A stretch of DNA of 64,000 nucleotides from Octopus sinensis (taxonomy: Eukaryota). Positions 53,944 to 64,000 of the stretch are shown here, piece by piece. How positions within the stretch are numbered: position 1 is the first letter of the stretch; every line of letters begins with the position of its first letter. Location: positions 76,508,001-76,572,000 of the forward strand of contig NC_043005.1 in NCBI RefSeq assembly GCF_006345805.1, in the 5' to 3' direction. The translations under genes and the position numbers were made by a program. A model generated the notes under the pieces. That model had not been told where the DNA came from. It worked only from the letters and a program-made list of their open reading frames with translations, and did no database searches.

Positions 53944-55114
53944 CACGACCAAACACAAAACACACACACATACACACACATATGAATATATGTGTACGTG
54001 TGTGTCCTGCGTATATGTATATATATGTGTGTTTATGTATGTATGTATGTATGTATGTATGTATGTATGTATGTATGTATGTATGTATGCATGCATGTAT
54101 GTACGTATGTGTGTATGTAAGCGCAAGCCTCTTCTCTTGCTGTAAGAGGAAATAATATTTATTAAATTAATTAGGAATGTTTGAAATTACATTGAAAATA
54201 ATTAGTTGGAGGATTAAAGAAATCAACAACAGTAAACAAACAATAAACAAAGAAAGGCAACGGAATTTAAATGCTGTGCATATAGACACATATATTGATC
54301 GTTATCGATCATTTCATAAGATTACTTAATGATGTTTTAATATCTCTGCAATTCCAGAAATGAGTAAGCTAAATATTGAAACTGTTCTTTTGAAAATAAT
54401 TCCAATTTTCCAATTATCGCAGTATTTCTTTTTCTAAGAATAACAGCTTTAACTTAAAGAAATCTAGAGAATGGTTACTAGAAGACGCGTGGCGTAATGG
54501 TTAGGGTGTTGTACGCGTGATCGTAAACCCGTGGTTTCGCATCACCGACTGGACAGTGCGTTTGTGGTATTGAGCAAAAATACTTCATTTCACGTTGCTC
54601 CAGTCCACTCAGTTGTAAATCAGTAACCCTACAGCGAACTGGATCTGGCGTCTCAACCGAGGTGGGCTGTTGTGATTTCGGTCACTTGACCTCTATGAAA
54701 ATTGTGTGACTGGCCCTATGATCATATGAATCGGGACTAGAATATCCAGGTCTTTTGTTGTCGATGACACAACAGCAGTTAGCGAAAATATTCAAATGCA
54801 ATACGATTACATAAAATATTAAATCTTTTTGCCAAACTTAACCCTAAGCTAGACAGCATACAAAGATACACAAGGATATCGTTGTAACATCTCTTTTTTT
54901 ATAACTTAACATAAGTATTCAATCCTAAAAATGGCTGATTATTATGATTAAGTAGTAATCATACACACGCATTAAGGTAGTTTGCAATGGAGTATTGCAA
55001 GTTTCGATACGAATGTAGCTGAACAGGAGAGATTCTGACAAATTTTATATACGAAGGGGTACTGAAAACTTTTTGGCTTTGGGTAAAAGAAAACACAGGA
55101 GGATCAATAAATTA

Positions 55115-55641
55115 CCGTAAATCCTCGAGTATAGTCCGCCCTTGAGTATAATACGCAGGGGATTTTTAGGAGGGGGCTGTACCTCTGAAAAATGTAAACC
55201 TTGTATATAATACGCACTCCTTCTCTAACTTGAGTTGTACGTAATTAAGCCAGCAACACCTTGTCGAACAAACACTTCCGCGCATGCGTAATACAATTAT
55301 GGTGATGTTCTTAACTGTTATATGGGAATGTAAATATGTTTGCAAATTGTTTTTGTTACATGTTATTCTGTGTTCTGAATACTTTTTATTTTAATAAATG
55401 TTGCTTACTGCAAGTTATGGATGATTCTTTTATGACTTCATTGCTTTCAGGCTTAGCTTAAGGTATTTTCGCGCCTGACATCACAAAATGCGTCTGAATA
55501 AACATTGCCGGACAGCAAATAGAGACTCGGACATTGCATAGAAAAGATTTTTCATTTTTAACCTCGTATATAGTGTGTACTAAGGATTTTGACCTTTAAA
55601 ATTTTTGGGAAAAAATGCGGATTGTACTCGAGGATTTACGG
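55115..55641. mobile_element. Tc1/mariner-pogo superfamily MITE, 25-bp TIR, TA TSD
   Basis: TA-CCGTAAATCCTCGAGTATAGTCCGC ... GCGGATTGTACTCGAGGATTTACGG-TA. It interrupts a mariner-like end (TACGAAGGGGTACTGAAAAC at ~55050). Confidence 0.88.
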
Positions 55642-56367
55642 TATGATTTTATTCAACATATTGCCTTCTCAGATTCACACACTTATTGCATCGGTCCTTC
55701 AGTTTTTTGAGCCCTGTAAAAGAAGTCAGAAAGTTAGGCTTCTAACGAGGCCTTTAGCGAGGCCTTTCAGCATCCCTTGTGCACGAGGATACCGTTCTAA
55801 CACTTCTTTTTCTATATGTTAACACAGGTATTTAATCCTAAAAATCATTGATTACTGAGTTTAAGTAGGTAAATCTCTCCATGCACTCATATTAAGGTAC
55901 TTTGTAATAGAATATTACGAATGAAGCTGAGAGAGGGAGAGATTCTGACAAGTGAACTTTATATAATAATATAAAATGAAGCGAATGATGCGGTTATTCC
56001 TGTTCCATTACCTTATCCACTGCTCTCGGCACATTACGAGCAATTCTCAAATTGCTCACTTCATACAACTATAACCGACCAATGCAAGTAAAAAAAATAA
56101 ACCACTGTAAATAGTGGCAGATTGTAAAATTGACGACTGCTCTGGTTTCACTTTCACCTTCACCTTTCTCCTATGGCGTTTGTGAGATACATATTTTGTG
56201 TATCAACTAAATTGCTCGGTTATTCGATTTTGGTGTTCTCTTGACTATAGGTTTCGACGTGAATGGTTGTTGAGTCACAGTTCGTGCAACTCCTCCCCAG
56301 TTTCCCCTCACTGTTTATACATACATACTTTTTATATGTCTGTGTGTGTATATATATATATATATTA

Positions 56368-56616
56368 ATAGTTATCGCCATACTAATATGGCAGTCTATA
56401 AATAAGACTAAAGTTGTCGCTGATTTGCTCCAAGAGGCCACCGCCTCTAGCTAGCTATATGACACACGAACCCGCGTCCATTACAACCTTCGAACAGGGG
56501 AGGTCAGCCGCTTCACCTTACTAGTCAGACATCTGCAGACATTTTCAGGGTTGTTGCCCTTTATCAGTAATGCTGCCGTAATCTCCTTTAGAGAGACTTA
56601 GTAATTTTAATATTTC

Positions 56617-56620
<4 letters not shown>
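56368..56620. repeat. TA-embedded repeat related to 31638-31797
   Basis: Shared ATAGTTATCGCCATACTAATATGGCA and TAGAAATATTAAAAT.ACTAAGTCTCTCTAAA.GAGA, the latter inverted here. Confidence 0.7.
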
Positions 56621-56686
<66 letters not shown>

Positions 56687-56956
56687 TAGGGAGTATAACT
56701 CCAAACTTACAGGGAAAAATTCAATTTAGTAAATCAAATTTCACAATATAAATATATAATATATAAATTAGTGTAAAACCACTATTCTGCAATTCAAATT
56801 ATAGCCATGAAACGTTCGTAGTTTTTTTTTTACTTATTATATATTGATTATTCATTCTTGAACTTTTTGTGATCTAGTTATATGTTTTAAAATATATATT
56901 TTATTTATGATTTGGTTTATGTCTATCATTGTTTGAATTGCATAATAGTGTTTTTC

Positions 56957-57010
<54 letters not shown>

Positions 57011-58649
57011 TTGCCCGTCTAGCCCGCAAAGTGGCATGATTCGAAAGCTACAATTCGTAGAAGCGCATTGTAACCAGCAGTGTATAACAACATCCCATAG
57101 TCTGATCGATACAATGATATACAATCATCCATCCATCCATCCATGCATACATACATACACGCATGCACACACATACTTATTCACATACATACAAAAGCAC
57201 TGACAACAAGAATACATGCAAATACACGTTATAGAAGACGATAAAAGAGAGTTATGAACTAATATAATTTATCCCCGTGGCTAACAGCAATCCTCAAAAC
57301 CTTACGGTGATCATTACCGACTTTGAAATGAAAGAGGAAATTACTTTTCGAAATTGGGATAGTTTCGTCCGTTGGTTTATATATGGATTTATATGTTAGA
57401 CAAGCAAGAGCATTTACGCACTTTAAAGTTTTTTCTTCAACTCTGTGACTCAGAATTAAAGTTAAATTTTCAATAAATTAAAAAAAAATTATGTGTATGG
57501 TATTCAAAACACAACCACTTAATTATTCAAATTCATGTCATTGGCTACTTTGAATTAATTTGTTCAGTAGCCTTTAGTTATAATTATGTAAATTATCTTA
57601 GGATGAAAAAATGTACAAAAATGTATGACAAACGTCAAAAAAAAAAGTACATCTTCAAGCACAGCAGAAGAATGTTATACTCGGCTGATGGGGTCATAAA
57701 TAAGATAGAATTTCGTGTCAGTAGTTGTGGCGGGCCTACAGAAAAGACAAAAACTTCAAAAAAAGAAAAAACAAAAACCAAAATATTTGTATTTGTGTGT
57801 ACAAATCTCTCTCTCTCTCTCTCTGTTAGTATGTATGTATGTATATGGGTGTGTGTGTATGTGTGTGAGTGAACGTGTGTGTGTGTGTGTGTGTGTACGC
57901 TTGGCCGTGCGGTAAAAATCTTGCTACTTTCACAACCACATGGTTCTGGGTTCAGTCGCACTGCTTCGTACCTTGGTCTAATATTATCTACTATAGCCTG
58001 GGCTGACCAAAGCCTTGAGAATGGATTTGGTAGACGGAAAGTGAAAGTAGCTTGTAATATATATCCAAATATGAATACAATTGTGTCTGGGGAGAGTCAT
58101 TCTCTTTTATTGCCTTATAATTTAACACACTCACCGGTAAAATTTCCACTCAATTATTTATTTCTCTAAAATGTTCGTTGCGTCTTACAACTTTTGCCGT
58201 AGAAGGTAAAAAAAAAACAACTTTCAGGAACAACAGTAGTTTATTGGCGTAGACATGTAAATATTCCCTATGTAGAAGTTTGATAAGCTGAAGAAATTGT
58301 TTTATAGATTACGGTTAGCAGCTGAGTTTGATGTGTATGCGTTCATTTGATTAAGGTAACTTTGGTCTGACGAGTAGCTTGGGATTACCCCTAGTTTGGG
58401 CTATTACTACTTCCGAGGTTCTCCTAGCTATGAAATATATGTAGCCTGGATTTTATCTACTCTATTCCATTATTTTGAATTTATATATGTATATATATAT
58501 TTGTGTTCGTGAATGTGTCTTTGTGTCTGTGTTTGTTTCCCACCATTGGTGCAGCAAAAGATAGTGACAGAATAAGTACCAGGTTTGAAAAATATCCACT
58601 GGAGTCGATTCATTCAATTAAAACTTTCTTTTAGGCAGTGCATCAGCAT

Positions 58650-59266
58650 GTGAAGAGCAAAAGATTATGGAGGAGGTGCAGCAAACTGGCACACACAACC
58701 TCCAAAGCAAGATGTTACCCGAAGAAAGCCACGCTTCGAATTTAGTAGGATTAGAAGGTTTGTAGTCTTTGACGAGCTTCTGCCCATGGACGGGACCATC
58801 CGTTTCAATGTGTACTGTGACCAGCAGGACAAATTAAACGCAGCAATCCACCAGACGTGTCTAGTACTTGCTAACCGTAATCGCTTTGTCTTTTATCACA
58901 GTACTAGAACTCACGCACCCTTGCAGACGTTCCAGAAGTTACTGGGACGTTGCTGGGAAATTTTTCTGAGCCTTGAATATTCGCTCAACCATGCTCCTTC
59001 AGATTTTCACCTATTTTCGGTGCTTCAATTTCAATGAATGGATTCACATTCAATTCTAAAGTGAATGTAAAAGTTAATCTGAAAGTGTCTTTTGCTTGTA
59101 AAGACAAGAAATTCTTTAAGCCAAGAGTAATTACTCAGCCCACAAGACGGTAAAAAATATTGAAACGAAACGGGAATTATATCATTGATTGAAATAATCG
59201 CTATGTGTTTAAAAACTGTGTCACATTTTCTCTTAAAAATCCGAACGGACTTTTTGGCCAACCCAG
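58650..59266 (+). pseudogene. Decayed mariner transposase 3' half with right TIR
   Basis: ELLPMDGTI..VYCDQQDKL..AI; WEIF...YSLNHAPSDFHLF (compare YSPDLAPSD); end CGAACGGACTTTTTGGCCAACCCA. Confidence 0.85.
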
Positions 59267-60505
59267 TAGATTTCGCAGAAATAAAGACAGAAAAATATAA
59301 AGAAATAGAAAATTATATTGCAGTATGTTCTTCCAAAATGGTTTCTATTTTCTCTTGGTAATGAATTACATATATATTTGTCTGTTTGAATTATTGGTAT
59401 AATACGTGAATATCTCTTAACAGCTTGTTACTGACATCGAAACAGGACTAACAAAATGTAGTTAAATCAATAAAGAGAAAGAAAACAGAGACAAATTAAT
59501 ATAAATAGTGAATCAATATAAAGAGGATACACACAAAACGCTAAAATATTTAATAAAGTATAAAATACAAAATTATAAATATATTGAAGTATCAAACGAA
59601 ATTAAAAGCGTTTTATATTTGTTTTACATTGTATAATTAAATTAACTGCCTGTTTTTCAAGATTAGTTTTGATGTCAAGATTATGTTTTTCATAATTATA
59701 AGCTTCAAACTTTAATACTGTTTCTGTACGCGCACGTGTGTGTGTATATACATTTGTATATATCTTGGTACAAATATACATACGTACGCGCACACACACT
59801 CACACATGCGTACGTGTGTCTGTGAGTTCGTGTGGCTATACGTATAATTTTATCACTATAAATAGAGAAAAATATATGTATTGCAGAGTCTGCAATATAT
59901 GTATTGCAGAGTTGCAGGCAGCCAAAACTTATTCAGAATTTTGCGTGGCACAGGCGACTGAAAGTACAAGATTTACTAATGAATGTGAAGTAATTAACCG
60001 CAGGATTCACTCCTAGTTTTTGCTGGTATTCATTCGTACTTTTGGTCTAATATTGAAATAAAAAGAAAACTGTAAAATTCTATACTTCTATCATATACTG
60101 CTCATTATATTTGAATGTCTAACAACGTCGACACGTTAATTTCACATGAGATTATATATATATAGACACTGTCCATCTTTATGGCTCGCTTACCAGCACT
60201 TCATCCTCCTCCGACAACTCAGACCCATCAAGATCTGAGTACATCTAAGCAACACAAAAACTACGTCCGACTCTTACAAAATCTAGACAGCAAATAACAC
60301 GACGCATGCGTGGAAGCAAGCTTCTTGCAACACAGCCACTTCTGCGCCTTTATGTATGTACGTATGTGTATGGATATGTATAAATGCAACGAAGTTTATT
60401 AGCAGTTTATTATGTCTTTCACACAATTTTAAATATTCTAAATTCAAAAAGTGTAATTAGAAATATTTTTAGTAAATCTTATTGCTTAGTTTACAGTAGA
60501 ATATT

Positions 60506-60935
60506 CTTTTCTAATCTCGGCACAAGGGCCGAAATTTGTGGGGAGGGTGCCAGTCGATTAGATCGGCCCCAGTACGCAACTGGTACTTAATTCATCTACA
60601 CCGAAAGGATGAAGGGCAAAGTTGACCTCGGCAGAATTTGAACTCAGAGCATAAAGACACACGAAATACTTCTAAGCATTTCGCCTGGCGTGCTAACGTT
60701 TCTTATTCCTTTATTGCCCACAAGGAGCTAAACATAGAGGGGACAAACAAGGACAAAGGAATTAAGTCGATTACACCGACCCCAGTGCGTGACTGGTACT
60801 TAATTTATCGACCCCGAAAAGATGAAAGGCAAAGTCGGCCTCGGCGGAATACAAAGGCAAAGTCGACCTCGGCGGAATACAAAGGCAAAGTCGAACTCGT
60901 CGTCCTAACGTTTCTGACAGCTCGCCGCCTTTTTG
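60506..60935 (-). mobile_element. SINE family 1 tail-A copy with a tail-B copy nested at AGAAACGTTAG
   Basis: Outer TSD ACAGTAGAATATT at 60493-60505 and 60936-60948. AGAAACGTTAG occurs on both sides of the inner copy, which has an internal ~25-bp duplication. Confidence 0.83.
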
Positions 60936-62449
60936 ACAGTAGAATATTGCTTCAGCTTTGTGGTAAGAGCGAAAACCAAAACTTTAAAATATTCTATTTA
61001 GTGGTAATGAAGGAATATTTTTGAAGCCATTTAATTGTTTCTAACGTGGTGGTGATGGTTAACCGATGGATGAAGCCAACTCCAGCATTTAGTACTATTT
61101 TAATTTTCGTCCCCATACGGACGAGAGGTAAATTTGACTTCTAGTGGATTTGAAATCAGAATAAAAATAGTAAAGCAACTTTTCTGATTAAGTAATAATT
61201 CTACAAATCCGCTGCCAATAAATATGTTTTAAATAATTGGTACAACACTATAAATTTGAAAGGAGGAAAAAGCCCATTATATTAACATTACAGCTTGACT
61301 AGTGTGAAGGCGCGTGGCCTGGTAGTCAGGGTGTTGCATTCACGATCACTAGACCGCGGGTTCATTTCCCAGACCCGGTGGAACGTTGTGTTTTTGAGCA
61401 AAACACTTCATTTCACGTAGCTCTGCGGGTGGAAGAGCAACTGAGTCGTTAGCTCGTCAGCACAGCAGAGATGCTTTAGGGTATATCTTCCAGATCTCTG
61501 CATTCTGAGTTCGAAACTTGCCTGTCGGGATAAGGCAATCGGAAACCGCTCCAGTGTTCATTCCAAATCTAGTCAGGACAAACGAAGTTCCAGGAATCGA
61601 TTTAGCGGCGGCAGGGTTGGGTACAAGTCCTACCAGGTCGTATAGAAAGTGCCGGAGAAAATTACCATGTACAGGACCTGTCGAAGGACAGAACATCACA
61701 AGACTAGACTGAACTAAACTTGACTCGTACTTAATTTCCTCGACCCCAAATAGACGAAAAGTAAAGTTGACTTCAGCAGGATTTTGAACTCAAAATGCAA
61801 AGTCTCGAAAGAAATACTGCACGGCATTTTTGTCCGGCTAACGAATCTAGCGGTTTGCCATATCGTGTACATTATTACAATCAATATTTTCATCATCATC
61901 AGCAACAAAAATATCAGAAACATCATTAACATTTTATAAAGACTAATGGCCAAAAACTGCGCCTTGTGACTTCGTGTGAGAAGCTAATAATGTTCTTATT
62001 AAGAAAGATTACGATCTCAAAATTTCTCAATTTATGTCACTAGAAGATAGGGCAAGTTGTTATGGGTGTGAGGGAATTAATCTATGAGACAGATTATCGT
62101 TTATTATCGTTTTTCTCAGTGTAATATTCGCACCTCATTATTTCATTACTATAGGGAATAAAAGTTAATAAGCTGCCACAAGTGTGTTAACATCGATATG
62201 GATTGGAAATGGGATTCTGACCAGCAAAATAGAGTGGGATGCTACTCAAGGGAAGTCAAATACTCATTATTTTATATTATAATTTGTAGAATCATAAATG
62301 CAGAAGTAATTCGATATCGGAATCCCTGGGAAATTTTACTGAATAAGAGAGTTTGTCGTCGGCAATCTGAGGAAATCTGGATTGTGCCTAGAGAAGAAAT
62401 GAAGAATGATTACGAATGATACTTGGAAGTGTTAGGAGAAAAACATGGA

Positions 62450-62775
62450 ACCGAAGGAGGAGGAGGAAGAAGAAGAAGGGTGAGGATGGAGAGAAGGAGA
62501 AGGAGGAGGAAGAAGAAGAAGGGTGAGAATGGAGAGAAGGAGAAGGAGGAGGAGAAAGAGAAAGGGAAGGACAAAAGGTGAAGAAAAAGCGGACGAAGAA
62601 AAAAGAAAACAGTGATGACGAAGAAGAGGAAAAAGAAAATACGAGGAAAAAAGTAGGCGGAGAAAGAGAAAGGGAGGGAGAGGAGGAGAAAGAGAAGAAG
62701 AAGAAGAAAAAGAAGACGAAGAAGAAGAAGAAGAAGTAGAAGAAGAAGAAGAAGAAGAAGAAGAAGAAGAAGAAT
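62450..62775 (+). repeat. Polypurine low-complexity tract ending in (GAA)n
   Basis: GAG/GAA-rich, almost pyrimidine-free plus strand. Confidence 0.95.
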
Positions 62776-63634
62776 GTATGCAATTGTTAAATTTATTTTC
62801 GTAAAATGTTGCTGTAATGCTTCCAGCAGATGAAAAGTTAAATAAAAATAGCTTAATTTCAATTTCAAATTTTCCGTTTCATTTAGATTTGTTTCAAAGT
62901 TGGATAGAGATTAAAACAAGTAAAAAAAAAAATAACAGAGAGAAAGAGTAAGCCAAAAAAAAAAAAAAAAAAGAAATTATCATAAATCTCGGGTCCAAAG
63001 AAATACAAACAAATGTAGCGTTAACAAAAGGAATCACAAAATCGATAACAATAAAAATAGTGACATGAATTACAACCGAGAAAACAACAACATTTTTAGG
63101 AATTATAGTAACTTAACAAGAAAGCCAATAAGATTATGAAGAATAACAATAAATAATGCGGGAGAAAATAAATGAGAATGTCTTGATCGTTTTTAAGAAA
63201 TCAGTTTATAACAAAAGCAATAAGTAGTTGGTGAGCCATTGAAAGCGAATTTGAAGAACAATAAGGGATTGTTGGTGTTGCATTCTAAACATGTAAAAAT
63301 TAACGACTTAAAGTGAGAATCGATGTTCTGCCGGAACAGAAATTAAGAAAATAATTAAAGACTATTTTCACAGAATAAAGACAAGTGGTATGGAAAAACT
63401 ATCTAATAATGTTAGCTCTTTGTGGATGTCCGTCTAAGAAGGACGAAAATATTATAGCAGCAAGGAATAACAGGCGCCAAAGGAATAAAAGGAACAACAT
63501 TCATGCACACACACATACACACATGTTTTAGGGTTTAAGGCTACCAGGAGTTTCACCTAGACAGAAATCTCTCAACATCTGACAAATAAAGAATATTTAT
63601 CCCCCAGTACGGTAGCATATTTTGTTAAAACCGT

Positions 63635-63868
63635 AACAGGTATTTTTGACGTTGGGACATGAACCAAAAAGTTCAGTTCTTGAATTCAAACATGTAGCGG
63701 GTTCTAAGGAACTTTCCAGACGAGTCATCTTTCCATATTACAAAGACCGCACTTTCCTCTACCGTTCGTAAAAGGTTTGTACTTGGCTAAGATCTTCCAG
63801 TAAATCCTGTAGCTGATACCTTGTTCTTTAAGAAACAATATATAAATGGATAATTTGGTAGTTTTTCA
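63635..63868 (-). pseudogene. Penelope-like GIY-YIG C-terminal remnant
   Basis: KTTKLSIYILFLKEQGISYRIYWKILAKYKPFTNGRGKCGLCNME*, then LNSRTELFGSCP in a shifted frame. Confidence 0.72.
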
Positions 63869-63887
63869 TATACATATATGTATAAAA

Positions 63888-63961
<74 letters not shown>

Positions 63962-64000
63962 GTGTGTGTGTGTGTGTACGTATGTATGTGTGTTCTAGTG

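Noticed and set aside
57640-57737. Possible minus-strand exon after TTTTCTGTAG
   Set aside because: Plausible acceptor, but no recognisable protein and no partner exons; needs RNA-seq.
61457-61712. GC-richer segment with 64-80 aa ORFs inside a SINE-like remnant
   Set aside because: No motif, TSD or terminal repeat that I can verify.
62388-62868. Poly-F/poly-L ORFs
   Set aside because: Reverse translation of the GAA/GAG tract.

Overview
AT-rich, microsatellite-dense animal genomic DNA. The repeat landscape is most consistent with an octopus/coleoid cephalopod (inference). There is a 100-N gap at 31798-31897. I find no supportable host protein-coding gene, and most short ORFs in the track are microsatellite translations. 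Main contents: (1) a near-intact ~4.75 kb APE-RT LINE on the minus strand, embedded in (TA)n; (2) a related, frameshifted LINE on the plus strand with a tandem-repeat 5' region; (3) a 1.7 kb ORF1-only (CCHC knuckle) L1/Tx1-type element inserted into a SINE head, sharing its 3' tail with a SINE subfamily that forms head-to-tail arrays; (4) three or more tRNA-derived SINE families; (5) Penelope-like GIY-YIG relics and several minimal type I hammerhead ribozyme motifs, one inside a tRNA-headed SINE-like insertion; (6) decayed DNA transposons (Tigger/pogo, mariner, MITEs). The most interesting candidates are the SINE-nesting ORF1-only element with its tail-sharing SINE, and the Pol III-headed hammerhead retroposon. 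All alignments were done by eye, so boundaries are approximate unless a TSD or TIR is quoted.
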